Counted from the first letter of the stretch, positions 1 through 13,334 are shown. The stretch: DNA of 64,000 nt from Vicugna vicugna (GCA_013265495.1 MU058844.1:13290184-13354183); one strand, 5' to 3'. Program-made: numbers and translations. Notes: generated by a model not told the origin, from the sequence alone.

Positions 1-611
1 CTCCACTATTTGTAATTTCTTCTCTTTCTGTTTACAATTTCCAAAGGCTCTGAATGAAGCAGATCCTAGGGGAAGGCACGATGCTGTGGGAGGAAAGGGC
101 GTGACCCAAGTCTCTTCCCTGTCCTTCACCGGAGACCCAAAACTAGGATGATGGCCTGTGATGCTGTAGCAGTGTCTGCTTTCTTGCTGGATGACCTGTA
201 ACTAAAAGTGAATCAAAACAAAACATCTTCATTAAGAGTTTTGTTTCCATGAATGAAAAACATAAAATATCCCTTACTTTCAGGTGCAGGATTTGGCATG
301 AAAGTTAAAACCCCAAATAATCAAATACACACCTCTTTACTCTATTGTGGTAAGAACCATGGAAAGAGAAGGACAGGGGCAAGCAGGAAGGTAACTGCAG
401 GGTTTTCTATTTGGAGGTCCTCGTGTTCGTTAAATCTGTCTCTTTGGCAGTTCATGTTAATTTGGGATGTATTTGGCAGCACTACAGTAATTACCTGCTA
501 TTCATAGATCTTCTGTGACTTTAAAAAGCCTCCCATGATCTTTAGCTGGGGCATCAGAACAGCAGGCTGGGATGAGTGGGGATGTCAAATTTTTTGGTCA
601 GGGACAGGAAG

Positions 612-834
612 TGGGAGGGAGGCAACCTATAGTCTGTGAGCCGGATCCAGCCTGCTACCTGTTTTTGTAGATAAAGTTTTATTGGAACCCAGCCATTCCC
701 CTTGTTTGCACATTGTCTATGGCTTCTTTTTTGCAACAGTGGCAAAGTTGAGTACTTGTGACATAGATCTTGTGACCCACAAAGCCAAACATATTTACTA
801 TCTGACCTTCACAGGAAAAGTTTTCCAGCCTCTG
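612..834 (+). mobile_element. MER58A-like hAT-Charlie MITE
   Basis: Matches remembered consensus motifs: cctgtttttgtagataaagttttattggaac, tattactatctgacc-like block, terminal ccagcctctg. Confidence 0.85.
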
Positions 835-1229
835 GTCCGGGATAAAGTGTTGCTGGAGCTAGACTCCTTACATTCAACTGCGTAAAGTTAAGCCCAGGGC
901 TCAAATTGATTCTTGAATTGACATTCATATCACCCTACGTGGGTTTGAGGAAGAGTGGGCTTCCGAGATTTGTTGAAGTGAGTGAATTACTTGCTAGCCC
1001 CTAGATGCCAAGCAAATGAACCTGAAAACTGAACTCCTTTTTTCTTTCTGGGATGAGATGGAAATATTTTAAGAAGGCTTGACAGATGAAGAGCCTTTAT
1101 GATTTGTGAGGAAGATGAATACTAGAATATAAGATTAGTTATAATTAGGCAAATTTACATTATAAAATCAAAGCACTATTTTTAAAAAGCACCTTCATGC
1201 CTGTGTCTCCTGGGTCTTCCTCTAAGGAC

Positions 1230-1460
1230 AGGCAATATAAAGTAGTGAATAAAATAAGTGAAGGATCTGGTGCCAGACACATGTGGGTTTGAATTCTGGC
1301 TCTGCCATTACGAGCCAAGTTACTTAACCTCTCTGTGTGTGTTTCCTCACTTTTGAGATGGGCATGATAATCGTACCTACCTTGCGGGGTTGTTATGATG
1401 ACTGATGAAGATGAGGCAGGCAAAGACTTAGTTCTGTGACAGTAGCAAGTTAGCTATTAT
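1230..1460 (+). mobile_element. MIR SINE
   Basis: MIR core: gggtttgaattctggctctgcca...caagttacttaacctctctgtg...tttcctca...gataatcgtacctacc. Confidence 0.85.
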
Positions 1461-2859
1461 ATTTGTAGTCCCCTCTCAGAAAAATCCATCCAGCTCTACC
1501 AGAATCTTAATTTCCTGCACTTGCTTCTCAGAATCCCCCCTTAATTTGCCCAAGATGTTAAAGACTGGGCTGTTTGGCTGTGTCATATGGAAACCCTCCT
1601 CTGATGGGGGAAATGTGATCGCTAAGGAAAGAAGAGCCCTGGTGGCAGACAGGACCCTGCAGTTATCTGAGCTACCTACTCACCTCCTGGCAATGTGGTC
1701 TTTCTGGAAGAGAATCGTGTGAGTCACAGAGGGGATGGGACCATCTCCGTGTTGCTGAACCGTGACCAGTGGCTTGCCAATCACAAGAATGGGTCTCTGT
1801 CTTTGCTCAGTACTTGTTTTTACCTGCTTCATTGTTCTTCTGACTCGGGCCTGTCTTTAGTTCTTGCGTCTGGAAAAATCTCTGACAAGAAGCATGATTA
1901 GGCTGCTCCTTTAGTTGGCAGGAAATTAACTCCAGCAGACTTGGGCTATTTTGCTGTAATCGTTCACGTGTGTGACAGTGCCCATGGGGATTTTTGCATT
2001 TGTGCTTCAATCATTTTCATGTCTTTCTTGGGTTACCTTTTATCACCTCCTTTTACTAAAAGCACTGATGTTAGGATTCAAAAGAGCTTAGCCAGGTGTT
2101 GGTGAATGTGAATCAGTGCTTTTGGAGGAGAAAACGCCCCCGGCAGTCTCGTGGCTGGCAGTGGATTTGCCACCCATCCATCCTTCAATCCATCTGTGTG
2201 ACACTGTGAAATAATATTAAATTTGACTTTTAGCTTTACCTAAAATTCCCATTAGCTCTTCTCATCTCCTCTTTCAACCTCCTTTTTCTTTTTCTTTTTT
2301 CCCCAGAGTTCCAGGCAATATGTATTCATAATTATAGGGTATTTTGGTTACAGAAAATACTAATATTCTAGCAAACCTAGGCATTTTAAGGCAGCTCTGA
2401 TCAATTCCAAATTTGTCAGGAACAGCAGACAGTGCAGAAGACTAAAATGCAAATTCTAAAAGCAGTGGTAAGTTTAACAGAATGCTGTTGACATCGAATT
2501 TCAAAAAGCCATCAGTTTGGCGACCTCATACTGATTTCTTTTTTTTTCCCCCAACTTCTTTTTTTCCCATACGTTAAATGGGAATAATAAACGTTCACCT
2601 AATTATCTTTGTCTCTTTGGACACATTTGTTACCACCACCTACCTTTTCCACAGTCCCCTTCACACCACAGACACATAGTTGGATAAATGCAAGTGTTTT
2701 GCAGTCCTATGATCATTGCAGGTTTGCTGTGAAGTTTATGTCAGGTTGCATATGTGAAAACACTTACTACTGTGTCTGGTATAGCACAGGTGTTGCTTGG
2801 ATCTCCATATTTGAATTCCCATTCTTGTTATGTGTCACAGACACAGGGTTGTGTTTTAG

Positions 2860-3035
2860 AAGACTTGTGCTGAAGTTCCAGCTCTGTCACTTAATAGCTG
2901 TGACACTTTGAGCACATTGTATCACTTACTTCCCCAAAACGCAGTTTTTCATCAGTAATGTGAGGAAAACTGTGTTCCATTGTTAGTGAGATCAAATGAA
3001 AACGTATTAAAAGTGCTTTCTAAGTTGTAAAGGAT
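2860..3035 (+). mobile_element. MIR SINE (degenerate)
   Basis: ccagctctgtcactta-tagctgtgac...cagtttttcatcagtaa...gagatcaaatga. Confidence 0.7.
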
Positions 3036-4089
3036 GATACAAATGTATGGTGCCGTATAGACAGTTGTGACAATTTTAGCAGCTTTCACTTGGAAAGGAA
3101 CGTCAAATTTGTTTAATGATTTTCTTTTTTGCTTTAATTCAGCTTTACTCAATGGCCCCAGGATACGTCTAAATTTTAATAAAGCAGGAGAGCTCTTGGC
3201 CTTGTTTTTTAATCAGAGCCAATACACACACAAGCCTATCACATCCATCAACTACACTACATGCTTTCAGACCTCAGCAGGGGAGTGTGGGTGTGGCATC
3301 CACAGCAGGGAAGAGCACGAGCCAGTTTGCCCCATTAGTGCCCCAGGGACCGAGTGCTGATGGTGAAAAGTCAAAGGGGAGACAGGGTGCAAGTTTAGCC
3401 CAGAGGAGGGAGGCTGGTTAAGCGCCTGACCTGGCCAGTCTTACCCTGCTGCCTCAATTAATAAGGGGTTAATTATTCAGATTACCCAGATGTTTGCCCC
3501 AAGAGTCTCTGATTCACTTTGCAGTGGGAGGGAAGGAGGGGTGAGTAGGTGGGAGGTCTGCTGCTACTCCTCTTCGTCTTCCTCCTCCAATCCAGGGGAA
3601 CTGGAGGGAAAGAGTGGAAGATGGTGTGAGTCATCTAGAAGACATATTTGCTTTCCTTGGGGCTTGCTTTCCCTGTGCGTAGAGGAGACACTTCTAACGT
3701 CAAGAACACTGGCGAGAACAGATGGATCAACGTCACCCTCATCTCATGCGTTACCCTCGTTTGACCTCATTTTCCAGCCTATGGTTTGGAGGCCTGAGGT
3801 CAGCACAGGACTTGACAGAGAGAGGAGAAAAGACAGAGAATATGTATTCGAGAATGTAGTTTGCTGACAAGGGTACCTGTCCAGGCAGGCTAAATGTCTT
3901 AGAAGTAAGAAGAGTCTCTGGAAGGTGGTTTCGGCAAGGCCAAGCCCTGGGTGGGGCCAGGTGAAACAGCTGAGTGTCATGGATTCATACAAGAAATAGG
4001 GCAAAAAAAGAAAAAAGAAAAGAAAAAGTCTCTCTGAATATCAGTTTCAAAGATGCCTTAGATACAGGGAAAAGCATCCAGTACATTTT

Positions 4090-4250
4090 TAGACACTGTG
4101 GAGGGTACTTTACAAATGTAATTTTACTTAATCCCCATAGAAATATTATGAGAAAAGTTGTAGATGAATAAACATAGACTCAGAGGAGCCTAAAGCTATT
4201 AGCTTAAATGGAGGAAGTTGGTTTAATTCCAAAGTCCGTCTTCTTTCTTG
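4090..4250 (-). mobile_element. MIR fragment
   Basis: tactttacaaatgtaattttacttaatccccata...gactcagag, reverse MIR core. Confidence 0.55.
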
Positions 4251-4399
4251 AGTTTCATGTATAGAAGGTCAAACTAAGGTATGTCACCTGTGGGTAGGAC
4301 TTTTGTCCCTCTAAACCCATGGGACTTCTCCACCACTGCTGCTTCCATTGTGGTAAGAATTTTGTTATCCTTACCCCAAAGCGCTGGGGCAGCAAACAG

Positions 4400-4750
4400 T
4401 CCTGCTCATTAATATTCTGGTACTTCTCCTGCACCTAGGTTTGTACTGCCCCACTCCTTGAAGATAGCATGGCCAGGTAACTTATTCGGAGCCACGTAGA
4501 ATGAGTGAAAGTGATTTGTGTCACTTCTAGGTAGAAGGCTGTGAGAGCCAATGAGAAATTTCTGTGTTTTCTTCCAACTGACACAGCAACTGTTAACCCT
4601 CCAGTTGGTAAAATATCTGAGATTAGTGAGGAAGCATGAAGCAGAACCCCTGTTCATTTAATGTAAGAAATAATAAAACTTAACTGTTAAAAACCCCTAT
4701 GACTTTAGGATTGTTTGTTGCAGCATAACCTCACCCATTCTGACTGATAG
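4400..4750 (+). mobile_element. Old ERVL-MaLR solo LTR (MLT1I/J-like)
   Basis: gaagtgatttgtgtcacttctagg-like block; 3' end gattgtttgttgcagcataacct...ctgactgata. Confidence 0.65.
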
Positions 4751-4962
4751 AAGCAGGAAATAATTTTCCTATCACTCATGATTTCAAAAAATATATTCTT
4801 ATGGAAGGGAAAGAATGGAGAAATGGGCCAACTGGAGTAAGAAAACATTGTAAGAACTAAACAAATCATCTCTTTTGTTTGTGTTTATCATCAGCGAACA
4901 CATTGTAAATTGTGGACACATTTCAGGTGGTGGATAATTCCCGAAGAATTAGAGCTAATAAC

Positions 4963-5350
4963 TGTCAGTTTGCTTGGGCTGCCACAACAAAGTGCCACAG
5001 TCCAGGTAGCTTAAACATAAATGAAAACAACTTATTTTTTTAGAGTCCAGGAGGCTCGAAGTCCAAGATCAAGGTGTCAGCAGGGTTGGTTTTGTCCGAA
5101 AACTCTCTCCTTGGCATGTAGATGGCCATCTTCACATTGTCTTTCCTCTGTAGGTATCTGTGTCCTAATGTCCTTTTTTAAAAATAAGGATACCAGTGAC
5201 ATAGCTTAGGGCTCATATTAATGATCTCATTTAACCTTACGTACTTCTCCAAAGATCCTATCTCCAGAGCAAGTCACATTTTGAGTACTGGGTGGGGGAG
5301 TAGGATTTCAACATCTGGATTTTGGGGGGAAAACAATTCAGCCCATAACA
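4963..5350 (-). mobile_element. ERVL-MaLR solo LTR (MLT1B-like)
   Basis: gggctgccacaacaaagtgccaca...gaagtccaagatcaaggtgtcagcagggttgg...acaattcagcccataaca. Confidence 0.85.
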
Positions 5351-5559
5351 ACTATGGAGTAGTACCTTCTACATAATGTATACTGAGAAGAATGACTTGA
5401 ATGTCTTTTTTCTCAGTCAAACATTTCCTACGTATTCTGCTCTGACGGAAATGAATTGGAGACTCTGGCCATCCGCCCTGAACACACTTCTAGCCAGAAC
5501 AACTGCAGTGTTTCATTGATCTTCATCGATCCCTTAACCCCACAGCAAAATGATCCTGG

Positions 5560-5725
5560 ATGGGAAAGAACTCTAAAGGAATTGGGAGGAGGGTGCTCCT
5601 AGTCCCATTTTACTAGCTAAGGAAACTGGAACTCAGAGACGTTAAGCGAAGGATCCTAGGTCACGCAGGCAACGCGTGTCAGAACTGGGGACTCTGTCTA
5701 TGATTTCCGAGCCCCTGGAATCGTC
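5560..5725 (-). mobile_element. MIR/MIR3 fragment
   Basis: cccattttac...aggaaactggaactcagagacgttaagcga...ggtcacgcag. Confidence 0.65.
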
Positions 5726-8401
5726 TTTCCATGAGGTCAAAGCTAATGTGGTTTACAGCAGTAGAGTTTGGGCTATGAATGAATGAGAGTGCACAAGAAG
5801 TTCTCAGAGAAGATTTGTAGGATGGGATGAAAAGAGCGAAGAGATCATTCCAGGTGAGTGGAGCAAAGGTAGACTCACGGAGGACAAAGGGCTCCTTATT
5901 TTTAGCCACTGTCTGTCCTCTAGGACACATATCATGTGCATGTCACATGGTATATACGATGGTATATTTAGAACTCATACATTGATTCCTCATGTTGAGG
6001 TTGGGCAGACAGGACCTCTCTAAATAATCCAGAAAATAATGAGGCATCTTGGCTGTGATATCTGTTTACTTCCTGGCTCATTGGGAAGGCCATTAATGGT
6101 TATTCGCCCGCTAATTTATATTTGCAAAATGGTTTGTCATAATTTTGATTTGATTTAACTCTAGCAAACTCGTTCAGGGTGGTCACCACATGTTACTCAT
6201 ATCACCAAGGAAACATTTAAAGATATAAAGACATAAAATAAATTTGCCCAGAGCAGCTGAGAGCAAGAGCTAGGATTAAGAACTGGAAACTTCAGAGACC
6301 TCCTCTGTTTTTGCCCCTGGGGCCAGCTTTTTCCACAAACAGGCTTCTGGGAAACAGACTGATGTGGGGACTCCATGAAGAACGCGGCATTTTTCTATAA
6401 CCATTTATTAAAAATGCAAGTCATCAGATTAGAAGAAAGGCATGCCAGCGAAGCGGGGAGGCCCACACTCTGGGCCTGGGTTTGAGAGCAAGGGTCCTGG
6501 ACTGGGTTCCCTATAACACATTCGTATTGACGACCATGAAAGGGTTCAGCGTCTTGAATGAGACAGCTGCTTGTACAGAGGCGTTTTTTATGAGCTGACG
6601 GGTTAGCCAGGAACAAAGCATGTTTGTAGGAAGTAAATCGTTGCCAGTTTTAATCTGAGCTTCTCATTCAGCTGTGGCTGGAGACAATTGAGTTTTTAAT
6701 GTTCCGCGTGAAGTTCCTCGTTTTCGGATTTTGGTCAGAATGGGGCCCAGGATTTGGTTTGGCTTAGGTGCTCCATTTTCAAAATGTCACTGAAATCAAT
6801 GAAAACAAAAGCAATGCTGGTTGTTTTCATTTCCTGCTGATCATAACTTTTCCAGGGGACAGGGGCTGGACAAACAAAACTGCCTCCATGAAGGATGTTT
6901 ATGTTTCTCGCTCCAAGACTGGGCTCAAAGAAGGGAGAGAAACAGTTGACATGTTATGATGTGAAAATGATTTAAAGTCTGCACTGAGATGAGAATTAAA
7001 CTGAGGTCCCCGGGGGGAACCCACTGGGGTCTTGAAGGGTTGGAGGAAATTGCTGTGAGTCACACGGATGAGAGTGCTGAATTGCCTCTGATCTCGCTTC
7101 TTTGGGAGAGATGTTTTTCCTGAGAATAATTTCCAGTTAACTGAAGAGAATTTCTTTAAAAAAAAAAACTTTTAAAGAAAGCACTCTTGTTGGAGTTATT
7201 TAACAATGTATTATACACTTCCTTACTTTATCAACAGGAGTGCAGACCCTAACAGGCCCTGTTCTCGGTGATTCAGAGTAACCACAGCCTCCACCAGCTC
7301 TACTCTAGTGACCCGTGTGGTCCTGGCGCCGTCTGTCAAGGTATCAGGTCGCTGGGGGAACCTGCATTGGCTGTGTGGCAGTTGGGTGCCCCTGGGGACT
7401 TGTAATTTTATTCTAGACCATGAATGGAATTTTCATTAGAATCTTAAAGGTAGTATCTGAGAATACCCAAATCCTGCTATGGAATGATGACTATTTACTA
7501 AGTCAACTAAGTTAGCATTTCAACAGGTCAACGAGCTTTGGTTTGACCAGCAATACCTTCTCATGAGAAAGTTGATCCTGGATCTAAGAGTTTCTTGTCA
7601 CCTGACACTTCACTATTTGTCTCTTCATAGACACACAGCAGGGGCCTTAAACAACTACCTCTGGGTTTGTAGGATGTCTAGTTATGGTAATATGGCTCAA
7701 TCCAGGATGACCCCATCCTCTAACAACCAGAACTTTGCTACTTTTCACCCTACTCACTGCATGAGTCTCTTTTAAACTGTCTTCAAACTTTATGCAGTCT
7801 CCTTCGGATGCTGCCTTCCAAAGGATGAACCTTCTAACTCCTTAGGGATTGTACCCTAGCTTCCTGAACATGTGGTCAGTAACCCCAGGGGCTGAGTCAT
7901 TCTCTGGTGAGGCTGGGATCCAGTCTTCACTGAACACAGCCTGTGGTCTACCTGGCCTTAATCGTCTCACTACTTTAATAAAGAGAATGAATATTCATTT
8001 CCAGTTGCAGTTCTGGGTGGGGAAAGATTGGTTTTATGGCTGAATGCCACTAAGGAAACTTCCTTGGAGGAAAAAAAATTAAACTGAATTCATGGTCTTT
8101 CCAGCAATCCTGCTGTGAAATAATCTTCTTTTGAAACTGTGGGACATAATGAAAAATAATACCAATACTTTGGTCTTCTTTCAAACTACTGCTTTCCCAA
8201 TAGTTACTCCTTTTGGCAATTTTAAACCATGTAATATTTTTTTTCCCTATGGCCAGATTATGGTATCTATTTTGCATTATTTTTGATTCTTTATTATTTA
8301 TGGATATTTGAATTTCCTGGATAAGAGAGATAATATTCTTCATGATTTTAATTTTATTTATTTACTGCAGCTTTATTAAATCAAAGGCCTTAATCTAAGG
8401 G

Positions 8402-8884
8402 TGTGGTAGGCTGAATACTGGCCTCTAAAGATATCAGACCTCAATCTTTGGAATCTATAAATGTTACCTTACATGGAAAAAGGGACTTTTTAGGTGCGAA
8501 TAAGTTAAAGGTCTTGAGATGTGGAGGTTACCCTGGAATATCTATGTCGGCCTTAAACACCATGACAGGTGTCTTCACAAAGAGAGGCAGAGGAAGATTT
8601 GACAGATAGAACAGGGGAAGATAATGTGAGCCACAGCAACTGAGACTGGATGATGTGGCCACAAGCCAAGGATTGCTGGCAGCCACCAGAAGCTGGAAGG
8701 GGCAAGAAACAAATTCTCCCCCAGAGCCTCCCAAGGGAGCATGGCCCTACTGACACCTCAGTTTTAGCCCAGTGACATTGCTTTCAGACTTCTGGCCTTC
8801 ACAGCTAAGAAAGAAGACATTCCTGTTGTTTTAAGTCACCAAGTTTGTGGTCATTTATTACAGAAGCCACAGGAAACTAACACA
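8402..8884 (+). mobile_element. ERVL-MaLR solo LTR (MLT1C-like), full length
   Basis: TG...CA termini (tgtggtaggctgaa...ggaaactaacaca); internal gccacaagccaagga/ccagaagctggaag; 5-bp TSD AAGGG (8397-8401) / AAGTG (8885-8889). Confidence 0.9.
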
Positions 8885-9389
8885 AAGTGTAAATACACTA
8901 CTCTTAAATTTGGTTTGGAAAGATGCAGTCATCGGCAATACATGCTTAGAATGTACTGAGTTCTGGGTTAGACCACGTAGAAGGCAGAAGAGAAGTAAAG
9001 AAGGTCATTCTCTCTTTTAACAGCTTAGTGTCCCAGCTGGAGAGACGAGGTGTCATTCCCGAGACAAGAGCAGGTGAGACAGGGCAGTGTTATCATGAAA
9101 TGCTGCATTACTTACAGGCTCCTAAGAACTGATGAGGTTCAGAGGTGAGGTTCATGAATCAATCAGTAACACAGAGAAAAGTTTTCCTTGAAGAGAAGGG
9201 AATACTGGGGTTATCCTTGAGCTGTAGTACAATGACTCGATATTATGCAAATATCGAGGTTGTGCTAAGGCCCCTGCCAGCAGAGAGCAAGGAGGTGGGC
9301 GTTCCTGTGGAGGAGCGGATGGGTGAAGCAGAAGCAGAATCACACCTGGTGTGCACTGGGGGGCCAGGACCATGTTCACGTCTTCACTG

Positions 9390-9462
9390 TTGACTCTACC
9401 AGCTAGTGCAGGGCCTGCACGTAGAAGGTACTCTGTAAATATTTGATAAATAAACGGATGAT
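9390..9462 (+). mobile_element. L2 3' end fragment
   Basis: agtgcagggcctgcacgtagaaggtactctgtaaatatttgataaataaa. Confidence 0.6.
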
Positions 9463-9696
9463 GTCTTTGTGGGATATCACCATTCTAGGGCAGCTGGCCC
9501 ATGAGAACAAAAGACACACTTTGGGAAAAATGGGGAATTAGTTTAGGTTTATAGAGGGGAGGTCAATCTGGAAGGGGAAGACATGGAGAAGAAAGTCAAA
9601 GTATCAGAGTACCAAGATATTAAAGGAAAATTATTCCTGTAGAGGGTTTGAAAGGCATTTAAGAAACACACCTTCCTGGCACTTTTTATTTTCTTT

Positions 9697-9729
9697 AAAA
9701 AATAAAATAAAATAAAATAAAATAAAATA
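9697..9729. repeat. (AAAAT)n microsatellite
   Basis: About six tandem AAAAT units read directly. Confidence 0.9.
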
Positions 9730-10799
9730 GACCAAAACCCCTCCCAGATCTCCAGTTTTCCTGTGACACCGGGTTGGAAAAGATAGAAGTGAATTTGATA
9801 ACCTCTTTGCGGGTTTGAATTGCCTTAGTTCCATCTGGATAGTGGAGATATTGATGGACTTTTCATAATCCAGCACCAGCCATCCACCTGAGAATTGTGC
9901 CCTACACTTCATGGTTTGTGAAATCTAGAGGCTGTGTTTCTCTTTTATTTTCCTTCTCCTTCCCTGAGCCGAGCTGGACAACAAATGCTAGCAGTTTTAC
10001 TAGGACAATTGGACAAATGCTGGCTGGTTGTTTGTTTGTTTGTTCTTCTTGTTGCTGTTTGGTGGTGCACTGAAGGCATTAACTAGCTTCCAACTGATAA
10101 GAAACTTAAGACCTTTGAATGCCAAATCAAACCCCCAGAAGGGAGTTTCCATTCTCTGAAAGGCAGAGAGCTAGCTATTCAGTGGTATGTTCTATTTCCA
10201 CGGTGACAGTCCCCATGGCCAAATCACAGACATAGAAACTCTTGTCTCAATCATGAAATTACTCTGGCGGCTGATGGGGTCTCTTTTACCTGTAGGGTTT
10301 TCAATCTCCTCGAGAAACTGCTTCTTCACAAAATAAGATGATAACAGCATATATCATACAGCTATTACTTCTTGTTAATCAGTTAATTCTGAGTTGTACT
10401 TAACAAAGATCTTACCCCCTCCCCGATTATTCATCAAAATAAAGTATACTAAACTCCAACAAAAGGAAATTATTGTTTTAGGTTGTACTCCCTTTCATGC
10501 AACTTCAAATCTTTTCCTGTTGGTCATTAGACCATCTTCTTGTCGGCCAATAAAAAATACTCCCTTATTCATAATCCTGAAACAAACAAACTCTTCCTCA
10601 ATTCTGCTAACCTGTTATAAACCATTTTACTTTTCTCATGCTTTCATTGCTAGAATTAATGAAAGCAAATTGATTCAGGAGGTTTTAGACTATTAAGGCA
10701 ATGAGCTGGCTTCTGCCTGTCAACCTGCTTTGTTGACCTATGTCATGTTTTTTCCCCCTAGCATTTAAACATTGGGAGATTTGCATAAAATTTTTTTTT

Positions 10800-11165
10800 A
10801 TTTCTCTTTCTCTTAACATTTTGGGAAACTGGAAGCCCTGGGCCCACATTTGTACATGGCAGTAGTCTCTTAGAATTGAATTTCAGTTTTTGCTTTTAGA
10901 CAGGGTATGCATTCTCCAGTTAACCACAGACACCACCACTCTTTATTGTCTCTAACTCTGAGATGAAGTGTCCATTGCATTTGCTATCATTGCTTCACTG
11001 TCTTGTTTTCCTTAGATACTGGAAAGTTTCTCTGCGGTAATGCCTCTGTCAAATATGGGAAGTGAAAGATAGATTCAGGGGGCTGCATGAACTTCCTGTA
11101 CTCACCTGTTTTATTCTTGTATGTTATCTGCCCGGCTCCTTTGGCGTCTGAGTTTGCATCCCCTG
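10800..11165. mobile_element. hAT DNA-transposon relic (MER102/Charlie-like)
   Basis: gggcccacatt...catggca; tctccagttaaccacagacaccaccact; terminal gagtttgcatcccctg. Confidence 0.6.
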
Positions 11166-11299
11166 ATCTGTATCACACTTTGTCAGCCTCTTAATTCTTC
11201 ATTTCTTTGTTAGATGGCTCTTTCCTTTTCATCCAGTGTCACTGGTCCTAACTGTCACTCCTCACTTGATAGATCCAATGGCCTTTTGTTGGTTCTGTC

Positions 11300-12495
11300 A
11301 TGGTTTTGACAATTTCCTCTGTGGATGATTCCAAATTTCATCCTTTTGTCTCATCTCCCTCCTGAATTCTCATCCTGCAAAACAGCTCCAGAGGGGTCCT
11401 GCTGGCCCCTGCATTTCCTGCCACACATCTAGCGTATTTACTTCATTGCTTCTTTCTCTGAGTGACATGATCGTCCTTCCAGCTGTTCAGGCGCTCGACA
11501 TTATTCCATGTCTAATCAGTCTGCGTGTTTGTTCTTTCTTTTCTCTCCCATGATCATTGTCCTATTCAAGTTCCTGTTACTTCTTTTTTTTTTTTAAGTT
11601 TATTGGTTTCATTATTTCAATCTCTTTTTCCTTCAATCTGTTGTACATACTACTGCTTGACTAATCTACCCTAAAAAATTCATTATTGATGCATTGATTA
11701 ATTTATACAATAATTACTTAATGCCTGTAAAATGTGGTGTTTTTTTTTTTCTTTTAAAAAGTCATCTGTTGCTCTGTACTGCTAACCGAATCAAGGTCAC
11801 ACTACCTATCCTGGCTTGGGAGCCCTGTACTGTCTGCCCCCAGCCTCTCTTTCTGGTCTCATCTCCTGCTACTACCGGGTACAAATCTTTGCTCCTTGAG
11901 TTAGTGTCTGGGTGCACATAAGCATAAAGCCCTAGAGTCTGCCTTGATTGGATCTCAGCTTGACTACCTGCTGGCTGTGTGACCTGGAGCAAGTCACTCA
12001 ATTTCTAAACTACAGTTTTTTTATTCATTTAATCCATAGAGTTATTTGAAGATTTAAAAAAATAATCAGGCATGTAATACAATGCCTGGTGTCTAGTAAG
12101 AGCACAGTAAATGCTAGACATCATTATCCAGCCAAATCATAGTTTGCTGTACATTCTTATGTTATTTCTTCATCCTGGAATGCCTACCTCTGTTTAACTC
12201 TCCCTACATGTCTAAATCCTATTCATCTTTAAGGGCCAGGGCAGAGATGGTATGGTCTCTGTCAAGTGTTCTCTGAACCCTGCGGGTAGAAATGCTCTCT
12301 CTTCTTGCATCCTTAATGTAGACATTAACACTTTATGATTGGCAAGAATGTGTTATATACAGGTCTCACCTAACGGACATGCGATACAGTAGATTCTTTG
12401 ATTCCCGGGATCTTAATCATGCCTTTGTCACCCATGGCACCCAGAATGCCTTGTACAAAATAGATGCTCGATAACTATTCGTTGAATAAACAAGC
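11300..12495 (+). mobile_element. L2 LINE remnant interrupted by a MIR
   Basis: Pyrimidine-rich degenerate L2 blocks; 3' end atagatgctcgataactattcgttgaataaa. Confidence 0.55.
11920..12125 (+). mobile_element. MIR SINE nested in L2
   Basis: ctggctgtgtgacctggagcaagtcactcaatttct...aatgcctggtgtctagtaag. Confidence 0.8.
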
Positions 12496-12897
12496 ATTCA
12501 GAGCGGGTATTTCCTTACAGTTCTCTATTTTTATTTAATTAAGAAAACATGAAGAAGTATCAGCCATTAGATTTAAAAAGCGCAGCATATTTTTCATTAA
12601 TTTTCCCCCGACTCTTACGTTTTAGGTGTAACACAGGCATCTTTTGAGAAACTTAAGTATCTATTGTTTATTCAAAATATATACCCCACCTTTTTTTAAA
12701 AAAAGGATTTCAAACAGCATGCAAATTAAGCCTAATGTATAAAAGGACAATTATGGCTCAAAAGAGAACAGAGACCATCTCAAAGGAACAGGCAGCAGAT
12801 GCTATCAGGCACCTGGGATGAGTTAATTACTATACTTGGTAACTGGATTTGGCTCTGAGTTTCTTGGCAGCTAAAGCTGAAAGGAGACACATTGGGT

Positions 12898-13330
12898 TAT
12901 TCATTCAGCAAACATTTGTTGAATATCTTTGATAAATGGGGTACTGTGCTAACGCTGGAGATTCTAAAATGAATAAGCCTGCCTCCCTGGCATCAGCACA
13001 TCACTTAGCTCCAGTTAAGTGATTGGAGGTTGGTATAAGGGGCAATACGAACTCAGGAAAACGGCACCGACGATGTTCGTAATGGGGGGTGGTGGTGGTC
13101 AGGAACAGCTCATGTAAGGGGAGGGGCTTTCCCCAGAACATCCCATGGGGGAAGTACCTTCCTGGTATAAGGCACAGCATATAGAGAGACTGCAAGGCCT
13201 CAAAGGACATGTTTGCTGAGTGAAGCAGAGGGTGCGGGAGAGGCAGAAGTGAGGTGGCAGAAGCTGGTAGAATTCAGAATATGCTGGACTTACTTGACAT
13301 GTGATGGAAAAGAGTTTCACTGTCATTCTC
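12898..13330 (-). mobile_element. L2 3' region
   Basis: ttcattcagcaaacatttgttgaa...gtactgtgcta-gctggaga, reverse L2 tail. Confidence 0.7.
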
Positions 13331-13334
13331 CTGG

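Noticed and set aside
7151..7180. 11-bp inverted repeat TTTCTTTAAAA / TTTTAAAGAAA
   Set aside because: Low-complexity A/T sequence in which such stems arise readily by chance
7238..7340. Candidate + strand exon (acceptor ttatcaacag, donor aag|gtatca)
   Set aside because: Stops in all three frames and a weak donor; not distinguishable from a pseudo-exon
7483..7605. C/D-box snoRNA (ATGATGA followed later by CTGA)
   Set aside because: No terminal stem or recognisable rRNA-complementary guide; both motifs are short and common
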